NCBI GenBank assembly: GCA_007376485.1
Contig: VMGJ01000001.1
Coordinates: 41,788 to 105,787, forward strand
Direction of reading: 5' to 3'
Origin: Parcubacteria group bacterium Licking1014_17
GTDB lineage: Bacteria > Patescibacteriota > Minisyncoccia > 2-02-FULL-40-12 > IGHO2-01-FULL-4-A
DNA: 64,000 nucleotides
Within the stretch, counting starts at the first letter, position 1, and each line of letters starts with the position of its first letter. A program made the translations under genes and the position numbers. This document shows, piece by piece, positions 1 through 9,495 of this stretch. Below the pieces are notes generated by a model that searched no databases, was not told the DNA's origin, and was given only the letters and a program-made list of their open reading frames with translations.

Positions 1-945
1 AATCCGGAACCGAGTTTTGTCCTTGGATGGACGCACGAGGAAGTCGTCACCGAGATTGCTGCGAGGTTCATCAATTCTTATCGGGACCTGCCGCTTGCCG
101 TTTATCAGATACAGACCAAATTTAGGAACGAAGCCCGGGCAAAATCCGGGATTCTCCGCGGCCGCGAGTTTTTGATGAAGGACCTTTATAGTTTTCATGC
201 TGATGAAAGAGACTTGCTTGAATATTATGAAAAAGCAAAGCAGGCGTATTTTAAAATTTTTGAACGATGCGGTTTGAGAACTTACTATACTCTCGCCGGC
301 GGGGGAGATTTTACGGCGGGCAACACTCACGAATTCCAAGTTTTGGCTCCGGTGGGCGAGGATGTGACTTATTATTGCGAAAAATGCGGTTACGCCGAGA
401 ACAAGGAAATTTCAAAACTGAAAGCGGGCGATAAATGCCCGGGATGCGGCGGGAAAATCGGAGAAGCGAATTCAATTGAAGTCGGGAATATCTTTCCTTT
501 GGGCACGAAATATTCGGAAGCGCTCGGACTTGCCTACGCGGATGAAAAAGGGAACCGCCAGCCGGTAGTAATGGGCTCTTACGGCATCGGTTTGGGACGG
601 ATGATGGGCGCGATTGTGGAAATCCATAATGACGACAAAGGAATTATCTGGCCCGAAGCGGTCGCGCCGTTCAAAGTTCATTTAATCGCGCTCGAAGGCG
701 CCGAATCGGAAGCCGATAAGTTTTATGATAAACTTATAAAAGCCGGGATAGATGTTTTTTACGACGACAGAGCTTACGCCACCGCCGGCGAAAAATTCAA
801 CGACGCCGATTTAATCGGCATCCCGTGCAGGTTGGTAATCAGCAAGAAGACGCTTGAAAACGATGGCGTAGAAATTAAAAAACGTTTTGATAAAATCGGC
901 GAAATTGCCAAAATGGACGCTACTATTGACATATTGAGTAAATAA
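1..945 (+). CDS. proS: prolyl-tRNA synthetase (class II), 5' end outside window
   Basis: Frame 1 open from nt 1; motif 2 'RGREFLMKDLYSFH', motif 3 'GSYGIGLGRMMGAIVE', C-terminal anticodon-binding domain; only ~120 aa between motifs 2 and 3 (no INS editing domain) with C4 cluster 'CEKCG..CPGCGG'. Confidence 0.85.
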   Translation, partial: NPEPSFVLGWTHEEVVTEIAARFINSYRDLPLAVYQIQTKFRNEARAKSGILRGREFLMKDLYSFHADERDLLEYYEKAKQAYFKIFERCGLRTYYTLAGGGDFTAGNTHEFQVLAPVGEDVTYYCEKCGYAENKEISKLKAGDKCPGCGGKIGEANSIEVGNIFPLGTKYSEALGLAYADEKGNRQPVVMGSYGIGLGRMMGAIVEIHNDDKGIIWPEAVAPFKVHLIALEGAESEADKFYDKLIKAGIDVFYDDRAYATAGEKFNDADLIGIPCRLVISKKTLENDGVEIKKRFDKIGEIAKMDATIDILSK

Positions 946-958
946 TTTATTATACAAT

Positions 959-1035
959 TAAGCCCATTCATTAGCCGCAAAATCAGTAAGAGTTCTTTTC
1001 ACATATCAATTTGCGGCTAATGAATGGGCTTTTTA
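959..1035 (+). terminator. long inverted repeat / putative intrinsic terminator after proS
   Basis: Arms 'TAAGCCCATTCATTAGCCGCAAA' (959-981) and 'TTTGCGGCTAATGAATGGGCTT' (1010-1030), ~22-bp stem, 28-nt loop, followed by TTTTT. Confidence 0.5.
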
Positions 1036-1126
1036 GTTATCTATTCCGCGCTAAAATTTTTATAAAAAAGCAGCAAGGGGCAAATCTTTTGCTTGTTTGA
1101 AAGCTTTTTGGTAGGGTATATGGATT

Positions 1127-2176
1127 ATGCTGAACAAGCTTTTCAGTTTCTGGTCAAAAGACATCGGCATTGATCTTGGCACGACCAATACTCTTGTTTA
1201 CGTGCGCGGCGAAGGAATTGTCATCAATGAACCGTCCATTGTCGCCATCAATCAAAAAACGGGCCAAATTCTTGATATCGGGCAAGGAGCCCGAAGAATG
1301 GTCGGAAGAACGCCGGGTTTTATTACTGTTACCAAACCGCTGGTTGCCGGGGTCGTTTCGGATTTTGAGGTGACGGAACAGATGCTTAAATATTTTATTG
1401 ATAAAGTCCACCAGAAATCTTTTTCTCTGGTGCCGCGCCCGAAAGTGGTTATCGGCATACCGGCGGAAATTACGGAAGTGGAAAGAAAAGCAGTTGAAGA
1501 CGCCACTTATAATGCCGGCGCCAGAGAAGTTTTTCTTATTGAAGAACCGATGGCGGCGGCGATTGGCGCCAGAATGCCGGTGCACGACGCCGTAGCGAAT
1601 TTTGTTGTTGATATAGGCGGCGGCACGACTGATGTCGCCTTGATATCAATGGGCGGTGTTGTCGCGTCGCGCTCCCTGCGTATCGCCGGCGACAAATTCA
1701 CTTCAGATATAACCCAATACTTGAGAGAAGAACATAATATGCTGGTCGGCGAAGCCACCGCCGAGCAAGTTAAAATTACCGTCGGCTCTGCTTACCCCCT
1801 TGTCGAAGAGCTAACCACGCGAATCAGGGGCAGAGACCTTATATCCGGTCTCCCCAAAGAATTAACGGTGACTTCTGAAGAAATAAGAAAAGTGCTGCAG
1901 CATTCAGTCAGAAGCATAGTCACTGCAATCAAAAGCACAATTGAAGAAACACCGCCTGAATTGCTCGCTGATCTCGTCAGCCGCAGTATCCTTATGACCG
2001 GAGGTAGCAGTCTTTTGAGAGGTTTTGACAGCTTAATAAGCCATGAAACAAAACTGCCGGTAGTGATAATGGAAGATCCCCTTACTTCCGTTGTCCGCGG
2101 TTGCGGCATAGTGCTTGAAAATCTTGATAAATACAAACAATTATTGGTTTTAACCCCCAAAGAAGCGTATTCGTAG
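1127..2176 (+). CDS. mreB: rod shape-determining actin homolog MreB
   Basis: 'DLGTTNTLVYVRG..IVINEPSIVAI', 'DIGGGTTDVALIS', full-length ~349 aa typical MreB; followed by mreC/mreD. Confidence 0.92.
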   Translation: MLNKLFSFWSKDIGIDLGTTNTLVYVRGEGIVINEPSIVAINQKTGQILDIGQGARRMVGRTPGFITVTKPLVAGVVSDFEVTEQMLKYFIDKVHQKSFSLVPRPKVVIGIPAEITEVERKAVEDATYNAGAREVFLIEEPMAAAIGARMPVHDAVANFVVDIGGGTTDVALISMGGVVASRSLRIAGDKFTSDITQYLREEHNMLVGEATAEQVKITVGSAYPLVEELTTRIRGRDLISGLPKELTVTSEEIRKVLQHSVRSIVTAIKSTIEETPPELLADLVSRSILMTGGSSLLRGFDSLISHETKLPVVIMEDPLTSVVRGCGIVLENLDKYKQLLVLTPKEAYS

Positions 2177-2179
2177 TTA

Positions 2180-2971
2180 TTGATGAAAAAAATAAACAGT
2201 CGGATTAAAGCGGGACTTTTTCTTTTGGCGATAATTTTTGCCGTTTTGAGCGTTGCTTTCCGGGGTTTTCCCAGAAACATTGTTTTTTCGCTGACCGAGA
2301 GAATCGCCGTACCCGTGAACCGTTTTTTCTTGGGACTCTCGGTTTATACTAAGGCTCTGATAAATGTAAAACAGCTGGCTGGCGAAAATGCCAAACTGTC
2401 CGAAGAAAACAGATTGCTTTTGGGAAAAGTGAGCGAATCCGACCGGCTTAAAAGAGAAAATGACCTTTTGCGCAGCCAGCTTAATTTAACAGGAAGCGAA
2501 GACAGAAAACTTCTTTTGGCGGAAGTCGTGAGTTATGATAAAAGCCCGATTTCATCGGCTATTATTTTGAACAAAGGAAGTAATGATGGGGTAAAAAAAT
2601 CCATGACTGTCGTCGTGGAAAGCGGCGTCTTGGCGGGCGTGGTGCGGGAGGTCTATGACGATTCCTGCCTCGTTTTCCTCGTTGATGATTCGCGGGTCCG
2701 GATAAGCGTGCGGGGGCTGGCATCCCAAGTTGTCGGCTACGCGCGGGGCGATTTCCAAAAAGGTTTGAGGCTCGAACTTATCGGGAAAAATGAGCAGATA
2801 TCGGTCGGGGAAACACTAGTGACCAGCGGTTTAGATGCTTTGCCCAGTTCGCTGACGGTCGGTAAGATAACTTCGGCGGAAAGCAGTAATGGCGACCTGT
2901 TCCAAAATATATCAGCCGAGCCGTTATATTCAAAAAAAATCGGAGCCGAGATGTTTATTATTTTGAAATGA
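2180..2971 (+). CDS. mreC: rod shape-determining protein MreC
   Basis: N-terminal TM, coiled-coil 'KLSEENRLLLGKVSESDRLKRENDLLRSQL', C-terminal beta domain; position between mreB and mreD. Confidence 0.75.
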   Translation: MMKKINSRIKAGLFLLAIIFAVLSVAFRGFPRNIVFSLTERIAVPVNRFFLGLSVYTKALINVKQLAGENAKLSEENRLLLGKVSESDRLKRENDLLRSQLNLTGSEDRKLLLAEVVSYDKSPISSAIILNKGSNDGVKKSMTVVVESGVLAGVVREVYDDSCLVFLVDDSRVRISVRGLASQVVGYARGDFQKGLRLELIGKNEQISVGETLVTSGLDALPSSLTVGKITSAESSNGDLFQNISAEPLYSKKIGAEMFIILK

Positions 2972-3441
2972 AAATTTCAACTTTTTTAATTTTATCGGCA
3001 TTATTCTGGCTTATTGAAAAGCTGGTTTATGTTTTGCTCGGAATTCCTTATTTTATTTTCTACCAGTGGATTATTTTTTCCTTGATAGCGTTGCCGGCAA
3101 CCCGCGGTTTTGTTTCGGCGGCGCTAACCGCGGCGTTAATAGCCGACATTTTTTCCGGATTCACTTTCGGGCTGGGTTTTATTTCCATTCTGGCTGTTTT
3201 CGGTTTAATCTTGATTATTAAGAAACTGATAAACATAGACAGAAAACCCTTATACTTCTTTTTATCGTCTTTATTATTTACGGCTGTCTTTTACCTGCTT
3301 CTCGGTTACCTTGCGGGAGCGAATTCAGTTTTCGGCCGTCTGCCCATGATTATTTACTGCTGGATTGTAAGTTCGGTTGTTATAATTTTATTTACCAAAT
3401 TGGCAAAAATAAAATTTCCATGGCCAGGATTTACAAGATAA
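2968..3441 (+). CDS. mreD: MreD-like polytopic membrane protein
   Basis: 157-aa all-hydrophobic protein, start overlaps mreC stop (ATGA), conserved mreBCD-pbp2 order. Confidence 0.55.
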   Translation: MKISTFLILSALFWLIEKLVYVLLGIPYFIFYQWIIFSLIALPATRGFVSAALTAALIADIFSGFTFGLGFISILAVFGLILIIKKLINIDRKPLYFFLSSLLFTAVFYLLLGYLAGANSVFGRLPMIIYCWIVSSVVIILFTKLAKIKFPWPGFTR

Positions 3442-5306
3442 AAAGAACCAAAGAAAGCGACGTGATGCCAGAAGAAACTCTTCTGGATTCCCGGAGCGAG
3501 CACACGATGATGGAAGCCCCCATAAGCCGGCTGGCTTTTAGATTTGTGTACTTCGTTATCGGCGCGGTGCTGGTTTTCTTTGTTGTTAAGGCGTTTCAGT
3601 TTCAGGTGGTCAGCGGTTCCAAATATGAACGCCAGGCAATCCGGAGCAACGAGGTGCTGTATTTTTTGCCGTCGCTAAGAGGAATAATTTACGACAGAAA
3701 CGGAAATCCGCTTGTTGAGAACATACCCCAGTTTGACGTCATGATACTGCAAAGCGATTTACCCCACGACCAACAGCAAATGGAATTGGAAATAGTATCG
3801 CTTTCAAAAATACTCGGGCTGTCCGAAGCGGACATCAGAAAAACTTTTGACGGCAATAGCGCCAACGCCATCTTCAAGATTAAAAGCGGCGTTGCCAAGG
3901 AAACGGCGATTTCTCTGGAATCCGAAAGTCTTCCCGGAGTGAGGGTGGTGGCTAACCCGCAGCGGAATTATTTTTACGGCTCCGCGTTTGCTCATATACT
4001 TGGCTATACGACTTTAGTCGGCCCCGAAGATATGGCGAGTGATTTTTATTATAAAACAATTGACCAGAAGGGGAGCACGGGTCTCGAGGCGTATTATGAA
4101 ACGGCTCTAAGAGGCGAGCACGGAATCGTAGATTTTAAAGATGAAACTTCAGAAGTTCAGCCGGCGCGGCTCGGAAACAGTCTGGGGCTCACCGCGGACA
4201 AAGATGTTCAGCTTCATTTATTCGATTCCGTAAGCAGAATTTTTAAAGCGTCCGGCGTTTCGCGCGGAGCGGCGGTTGTCCAGAACGTGAAAACAGGCGC
4301 GGTGTTGGGTCTCGTGAGCGTGCCGTCATTTGACCCAAACGCCTTTGAGCGCAGTTATGACGATAAATACAGAAATATTGTTAATTCGCTTTTGAATGAC
4401 ACGTCCCACCCGCTTTTCAACAGGGCGATCGCGGGATTGTACAGTCCGGGTTCAACAATCAAACCATTACTGGCGCTTGCCGGGCTGAAGGAGGGCGTGA
4501 TAACACCGCAGACGCTTGTCAACGCCCAGGGCAGTATTAGCGTCAGAAGCGAGGTTGACCCGAATGTGATTTACTCTTTCCGCGACTGGAAAGTCCACGG
4601 GCTGACCGACATCCGGAAAGCCATTTCCGATTCGGTGGACGTCTATTTTTATATTTTGGGCGGCGGCTATGAAAATATCAGAGGCTTGGGCGTGGACAAG
4701 ATATCCGAATATTACCGCATGTTTTTAGCCGACAGGGCATTGGGCATCGATCTTCTCGGTGAAGCGTCCGGTCTTGTGCCGGACAAGGAATGGAAGATGA
4801 AAACCAAAGGCGAAGCGTGGTATGTCGGCGATACCTATAATATTTCCATCGGGCAGGGCGACCTTAGCATTACGCCCCTCTGGCTCAATAGCTATATTTC
4901 CGCGATCGCCAACGGCGGCTACATTTACCGTCCGTATCTGGTTTCAAAAGAATTCAACGAGAAAGGCGAGCTGATAAGCGAAACGAAACCCGAAATAATC
5001 CAGAGAATAGATATCAGTTCCGCCATAATGAATGTCGTCCGCGAGGGCATGCACCGGACGACGACTACCGGCACCGCCCGCTCATTGAGTGATTTGCCGG
5101 TGCAATTAGCCGCCAAAACCGGCACCGCCCAGACGACGGGCTCAAATATGAATTCGCTTTTTACGGTTTACGGTCCTTACGGCAATCCCGATATAGTGAT
5201 GACCGTTCTGGTTGAAAATATTAAAGAGAGCCAGTCAATCGCGGTAAGAGTTGCGCATGATTTCTTGTCGTGGTATTTTGCAAAACCGGATAGGGATGTG
5301 AAGTAA
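3420..5306 (+). CDS. mrdA: penicillin-binding protein 2 (peptidoglycan D,D-transpeptidase)
   Basis: N-terminal TM + dimerisation domain; transpeptidase motifs 'STIKP' (SxxK), 'SDS' (SxN), 'KTGTA' (KTG); true start may be a downstream Met (3465 or 3507). Confidence 0.85.
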   Translation: MARIYKIKRTKESDVMPEETLLDSRSEHTMMEAPISRLAFRFVYFVIGAVLVFFVVKAFQFQVVSGSKYERQAIRSNEVLYFLPSLRGIIYDRNGNPLVENIPQFDVMILQSDLPHDQQQMELEIVSLSKILGLSEADIRKTFDGNSANAIFKIKSGVAKETAISLESESLPGVRVVANPQRNYFYGSAFAHILGYTTLVGPEDMASDFYYKTIDQKGSTGLEAYYETALRGEHGIVDFKDETSEVQPARLGNSLGLTADKDVQLHLFDSVSRIFKASGVSRGAAVVQNVKTGAVLGLVSVPSFDPNAFERSYDDKYRNIVNSLLNDTSHPLFNRAIAGLYSPGSTIKPLLALAGLKEGVITPQTLVNAQGSISVRSEVDPNVIYSFRDWKVHGLTDIRKAISDSVDVYFYILGGGYENIRGLGVDKISEYYRMFLADRALGIDLLGEASGLVPDKEWKMKTKGEAWYVGDTYNISIGQGDLSITPLWLNSYISAIANGGYIYRPYLVSKEFNEKGELISETKPEIIQRIDISSAIMNVVREGMHRTTTTGTARSLSDLPVQLAAKTGTAQTTGSNMNSLFTVYGPYGNPDIVMTVLVENIKESQSIAVRVAHDFLSWYFAKPDRDVK

Positions 5307-5342
5307 CCAATACACTTTTCGGGACTGAATTAGTCAGGTAAT

Positions 5343-5467
5343 ATGTCTTTTCGCAGATATTCGGGCTTTCCAGCGAAGCCCTCACTTATAGCTCGCCAGT
5401 TTTCCCACACCGGCGCGCCGGTGGGGGACCAAGCAAAACTGGCTCGCTGTACTGCTCAAAGACATAT
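5343..5467 (+). repeat. structured intergenic element family A, copy A1
   Basis: ~125 nt; terminal stem 'ATGTCTTTT'/'AAAGACAT', hairpin 'GGGCTT-TCCAGCG-AAGCCC', stem 'GCCAGTTTT'/'AAAACTGGC', variable apical hairpin 'ACCGGCGCGCCGGT'; 4 further copies in window. Confidence 0.8.
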
Positions 5468-5569
5468 TCCCTGACAATAATTTTAGTGCTCTTGTTTTCC
5501 TTACAGAGTTTAATTGTCCACATATTTCACATAAAAATTTAAATCTGTGGTATAATCCGCATTTAGAAT

Positions 5570-6031
5570 ATGGCTAATCAATATTTTACCCGCGAGGGTC
5601 TGGAGAAGTTGAAAGAGGAATTAAGAGAATGCGTGGAAAAAATACGCCCGGAGATTGCCGCTAAAATTTACGAAAGCAAGGAGCTTGGCGACATTTCGGA
5701 AAATGCCGAATTTGCCGAGGCGAAAAATGCGCAGGCGATGAACGAAGGCAAAATCGAAGAGCTGACGGAAATAATCAAAAATGCGGTAATCATAGAACAT
5801 GAAATCGGGCATCAAGATGTTATTGCCGTCGGCTCAACCGTGAAAGCGAAATCTTCGGAAGGCGTGAAAGTTTTTACGATTGTCGGCATAGCCGAAACCA
5901 ACCCAGCGGCGGGCTTGATTTCCAACCAATCGCCACTCGGCACGGCTTTTTTGGGCCACAAGAAGGGTGATAAAGTTGAAGTCAACACTCCCGGCGGCAA
6001 AACCGAATATAAGATTCTGGAGGTAAGCTAA
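5570..6031 (+). CDS. greA: transcription elongation factor GreA
   Basis: 153 aa, N-terminal coiled-coil 'FTREGLEKLKEELRE..', C-terminal FKBP-like domain; strong similarity pattern to GreA. Confidence 0.9.
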   Translation: MANQYFTREGLEKLKEELRECVEKIRPEIAAKIYESKELGDISENAEFAEAKNAQAMNEGKIEELTEIIKNAVIIEHEIGHQDVIAVGSTVKAKSSEGVKVFTIVGIAETNPAAGLISNQSPLGTAFLGHKKGDKVEVNTPGGKTEYKILEVS

Positions 6032-6095
6032 TTTCTCCGTATAAAATCTATGATCTCATGGTGGGGTTTATTTTTTGCCGATAGCCCATCTGGTA

Positions 6096-6124
6096 TTGAC
6101 AGCCTTGATGTTTTATGCTATCAT
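6096..6124 (+). promoter_or_regulatory. sigma70-like promoter for small ORF
   Basis: -35 'TTGACA' (6096-6101), 17-nt spacer, -10 'TATCAT' (6119-6124); SD 'AGGAGGTG' 5 nt before ATG at 6190. Confidence 0.45.
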
Positions 6125-6189
6125 TATAGCAAGTAATGTTCCTTGTAATTGTGATTCTAACACCAGCGTAGCTGGCAGGAGGTGTCAAA

Positions 6190-6414
6190 ATGGAAGGTCT
6201 TAGGAGATGGGTAAAAAGATGGATACCCAAAGTTGTCGCCGGAGCGGTGGCAATCGTGGGCTTGCCCCTGTGGGTATACTTTCCAATGTGCGAGTCACTG
6301 AGTTACGGTCTGTCGACAGCAGTTGATGCCCCGGTGGTGGCGGAGTACATCGTTTTCATGATGATATTCCCCGCCAGGGGCGTCCGGATCTTCGCAAACG
6401 CGCTTAGCCGTTAA
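6190..6414 (+). CDS. small hypothetical membrane protein (74 aa)
   Basis: Own promoter, strong SD, hydrophobic segment 'VVAGAVAIVGLPLWVYFP', followed by intrinsic terminator at 6443-6483. Confidence 0.45.
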   Translation: MEGLRRWVKRWIPKVVAGAVAIVGLPLWVYFPMCESLSYGLSTAVDAPVVAEYIVFMMIFPARGVRIFANALSR

Positions 6415-6442
6415 AGACGAACTTACCGAGCACAACACCCCA

Positions 6443-6483
6443 AGAGACCGCGGATTCCATATCTGGCGGTCTCTTTTATTTTA
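6443..6483 (+). terminator. intrinsic terminator
   Basis: 'AGAGACCGC'(6443-6451) / 'GCGGTCTCT'(6466-6474) 9-bp GC-rich stem followed by 'TTTATTTTA'. Confidence 0.65.
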
Positions 6484-6522
6484 CCTTGGTTTTTATTCTA
6501 GATTTGTTATTATTTACTTATT

Positions 6523-7992
6523 ATGCCCATTGATGAAATTCGCAGGAATAAGGAGGAAAAAGTCGCAAAATTGAAAAAATTGGGGATTGACCCGTTTCCG
6601 GCGGTTTCGGGCAGGGATACTGAAATTCGCGACGCGCTGGAAAATTTTGACTCGCTGGCGCAGGACAAAAAGGAAATTACCATTGCCGGCAGAATTATGG
6701 CAAAACGCGAGCACGGCGGTTCGCTGTTTGCCGATATTAATGACGGAAGCGGGAAACTGCAGATTTTGCTCAAAGAAGATGTTTTGGGCGCCGAAAAATA
6801 TTCCTTATTTAATGATTATTTTGATATCGGCGATTTCGCCGATTTTACGGGTATTCTTTTTGAGACCAAGCGCGGCGAGAAAACGCTGGAAGCCAAAGAT
6901 TTTAAACTTTTAACTAAAACCCTATTGCCTCTGCCGGAAAAATGGCACGGGCTGAAAGATATTGAGGAGCGGCTAAGAAAAAGATATCTGGATGTTATTT
7001 TTAATCCCGAAGTCAGGGAGATGGTGGAAAAAAGGGCAAAATTCTGGAGCGCGTTCAGAAAATTTATGACGGACAAGGGATTTCTGGAAGTGGAAACGCC
7101 GGTTTTGGAAAATACCGCCGGCGGCGCTGACGCCCGGCCGTTTATAACCCATCACAATGCGTTGGGTATAGATGTTTATCTAAGAATTTCCGGCGGCGAG
7201 CTCTGGCAAAAACGGCTGATGGTCGCCGGTTTTGAAAAAACTTTTGAAATCGGCAGGATTTTCAGAAACGAAGGAATAGACGATGAACATCTACAGGATT
7301 ACACCCAGATGGAGTTTTACTGGGCTTACGCCGACTACAAAAAAGGAATGAAGCTGGTTGAAGAAATGTATAAATACGTGGCGCGGGAAACTTTCGGCAC
7401 ACTGGAATTTGATATCAGGGGACATAAAGTTGATCTTGATAAAAAGTGGGAAATTTATGATTATACAGGAACTATTAAAGAGATGACCGGAGTTAACGTC
7501 TTAAATGTTGATTCAAAACAAGTGGAGGAAAAATTGCGGGAGTTGAAAGTTGAGTATAAAAATGAGGGCTTTAATCTGGAAAGGGCTATCGATTGCTTGT
7601 GGAAATACTGCCGAAAGAATATCGCCGGTCCCGGATTTTTAATAAACGCCCCGGTTGTTATTTCGCCTCTGGCTAAAAGGTTGTCCGATAATCCAAAGCT
7701 GACCCAGAAATTTCAGATAATTATCGCCGGCAGTGAAATGGGCAACGGTTACAGCGAGTTAAACGACCCGCTTGACCAGGCGGAAAGATTCAAAGAACAA
7801 CAGAAACTCCGCGAAGCCGGCGACGAGGAAGCCCAGATGTACGACAAGGAATTCGTGGAGGCGCTTGAATACGGAATGCCGCCCACCTGCGGTTTCGGCG
7901 TCAGCGAAAGATTATTCAGTTTTCTGATGAACAAACCGGCGCGCGAGTGCCAAATTTTTCCGCTGATGAGGCCGCGCGACAAGGAAAAATAA
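6523..7992 (+). CDS. lysS: lysyl-tRNA synthetase, class II
   Basis: N-terminal OB anticodon-binding domain 'GRIMAKREHGGSLFADINDGSGKLQIL', class II motifs ('FRNEGID', 'GNGYSELNDP', 'GMPPTCGFGVSERL'). Confidence 0.92.
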   Translation: MPIDEIRRNKEEKVAKLKKLGIDPFPAVSGRDTEIRDALENFDSLAQDKKEITIAGRIMAKREHGGSLFADINDGSGKLQILLKEDVLGAEKYSLFNDYFDIGDFADFTGILFETKRGEKTLEAKDFKLLTKTLLPLPEKWHGLKDIEERLRKRYLDVIFNPEVREMVEKRAKFWSAFRKFMTDKGFLEVETPVLENTAGGADARPFITHHNALGIDVYLRISGGELWQKRLMVAGFEKTFEIGRIFRNEGIDDEHLQDYTQMEFYWAYADYKKGMKLVEEMYKYVARETFGTLEFDIRGHKVDLDKKWEIYDYTGTIKEMTGVNVLNVDSKQVEEKLRELKVEYKNEGFNLERAIDCLWKYCRKNIAGPGFLINAPVVISPLAKRLSDNPKLTQKFQIIIAGSEMGNGYSELNDPLDQAERFKEQQKLREAGDEEAQMYDKEFVEALEYGMPPTCGFGVSERLFSFLMNKPARECQIFPLMRPRDKEK

Positions 7993-7993
7993 A

Positions 7994-9307
7994 ATGTTGG
8001 ACATTGAATTCATAAAACAAAATAAAGAAAAAGTAGCGGAAGCCATCAAGAATAAAGGGGCTAAGGTTGATTTAGAGGAACTTCTCAAATTTGACGGCGA
8101 GAGGAGAAAATTGGTCGGCCGGATAAATGAATTGCAGAAAAAGAAAAACGAACTGGCCGAAGAAAATAAAAAACAGAAACCGACTCCTGAACTTATAGAC
8201 GAGGGCAGAAAAATCAAAGAGCAGATCGCCGAACTGGAATCGCATTTCACGCCGGTTGAGGAGGCATTCCTGCGACTATTGAGCCGGATGCCTAATATCC
8301 CGACCGACGACACGCCCATTGGCAAAGATGAAAGCGGGAATGTTATTTTGAGGAAAGTTGGCGAATTGCCGGAGTTTGGTTTCAAACCCAAGGAGCATTG
8401 GGAGCTTGGCGTGGAGCTTGATTTAATTGATACCGAAAAAGCGGGCGAGATTTCCGGCTCAAGGTTTGCTTATCTGAAAAGGGAATTAGTGCTCATGGAA
8501 TTCGCGCTAATTCAATATGCCATGCAATCACTGACAGATGAGAAAACAATCAAAAAGATAATTTCAAAATATGATTTGGATGTGCCGGCGACGCCATTCG
8601 TTCCCATAGTTCCGCCGGTGATGATAAAACCAGAAGTGATGCAAAAAATGGCGCGCTTGGAGCCAAGAGAAGAACGCTATCACATTCAAAGTGACGATTT
8701 GTATTTAATCGGCAGTGCCGAGCATACTCTCGGGCCACTGCATATGAATGAAATTTTAGAGGAAAAATTTCTGCCTATCAGATATCTTGGTTTCTCGACC
8801 GCTTTTCGCCGCGAAGCCGGTTCTTATGGAAAAGATGTAAAGGGGATTTTGCGGGTCCACCAATTTGACAAGCTGGAAATGGAATCATTTGCCTTGCCGG
8901 AACAGGGGATTGCCGAGCAGAATTTCTTCGTGGCGGTGCAGGAATATCTGATGAGCTTGTTGGAACTGCCATACCAAGTAGTCGCGATTTGCACCGGCGA
9001 TATGGGCGGTCCGGACGCGCGCCAGATTGACATTGAAACTTGGATGCCCGGACAAAACAAGTATCGGGAAACCCACACGGCAGATTATATGACGGATTAC
9101 CAATCCCGCCGGCTGAACACCAAAGTCAAACGTACCAACGGCAAATCAGAATTTATCCATATGAACGACGCCACCGCCGTCGCCATTGGCAGAACGATTA
9201 TCGCCATAATGGAAAATTATCAGACAAAAGAAGGAACAATAAAAATCCCGAAAGTTTTGCGGCCGTTTATGGGAGGAATTAAGAAAATCGCGAGTCGGCA
9301 TTCATAG
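7994..9307 (+). CDS. serS: seryl-tRNA synthetase
   Basis: N-terminal coiled-coil arm, class II core 'RVHQFDKLEM', 'FRREAGSYGKD', 437 aa; starts 2 nt after lysS stop. Confidence 0.92.
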   Translation: MLDIEFIKQNKEKVAEAIKNKGAKVDLEELLKFDGERRKLVGRINELQKKKNELAEENKKQKPTPELIDEGRKIKEQIAELESHFTPVEEAFLRLLSRMPNIPTDDTPIGKDESGNVILRKVGELPEFGFKPKEHWELGVELDLIDTEKAGEISGSRFAYLKRELVLMEFALIQYAMQSLTDEKTIKKIISKYDLDVPATPFVPIVPPVMIKPEVMQKMARLEPREERYHIQSDDLYLIGSAEHTLGPLHMNEILEEKFLPIRYLGFSTAFRREAGSYGKDVKGILRVHQFDKLEMESFALPEQGIAEQNFFVAVQEYLMSLLELPYQVVAICTGDMGGPDARQIDIETWMPGQNKYRETHTADYMTDYQSRRLNTKVKRTNGKSEFIHMNDATAVAIGRTIIAIMENYQTKEGTIKIPKVLRPFMGGIKKIASRHS

Positions 9308-9330
9308 TTTTTGTTATTGCTCGAGCCAGC

Positions 9331-9462
9331 ATGTTTTTCGGGACTGGATTTTCACCAGCGATGAAAATCCATCTGGTGAAGTCGCTGTCATTTGTCAAGA
9401 TATTCATTTCATTCAATCATTGACAAAACCATGCTGCCAGCGACTTCAACAGCCCTCAAAAC
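9331..9462 (+). repeat. structured intergenic element family B, copy B1
   Basis: Hairpin 'GGATTTTCA-CCAGCGA-TGAAAATCC'; stem 'GAAGTCGCTG'/'CAGCGACTTC'; stem 'TTTGTCAAGA'/'TTGACAAA'; conserved 'AACCATGC'; 5 more copies. Confidence 0.8.
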
Positions 9463-9495
9463 ACGCCGGCTCTCGCTGAATACCGCGAACTACTT

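Noticed and set aside
9400-9440. 'TTGACAAAACCATGC' in family B elements as a -35 promoter box
   Set aside because: The motif is embedded in a conserved paired region (it pairs with 'TTTGTCAA') in all six copies. There is no consistent -10 at 17 nt.
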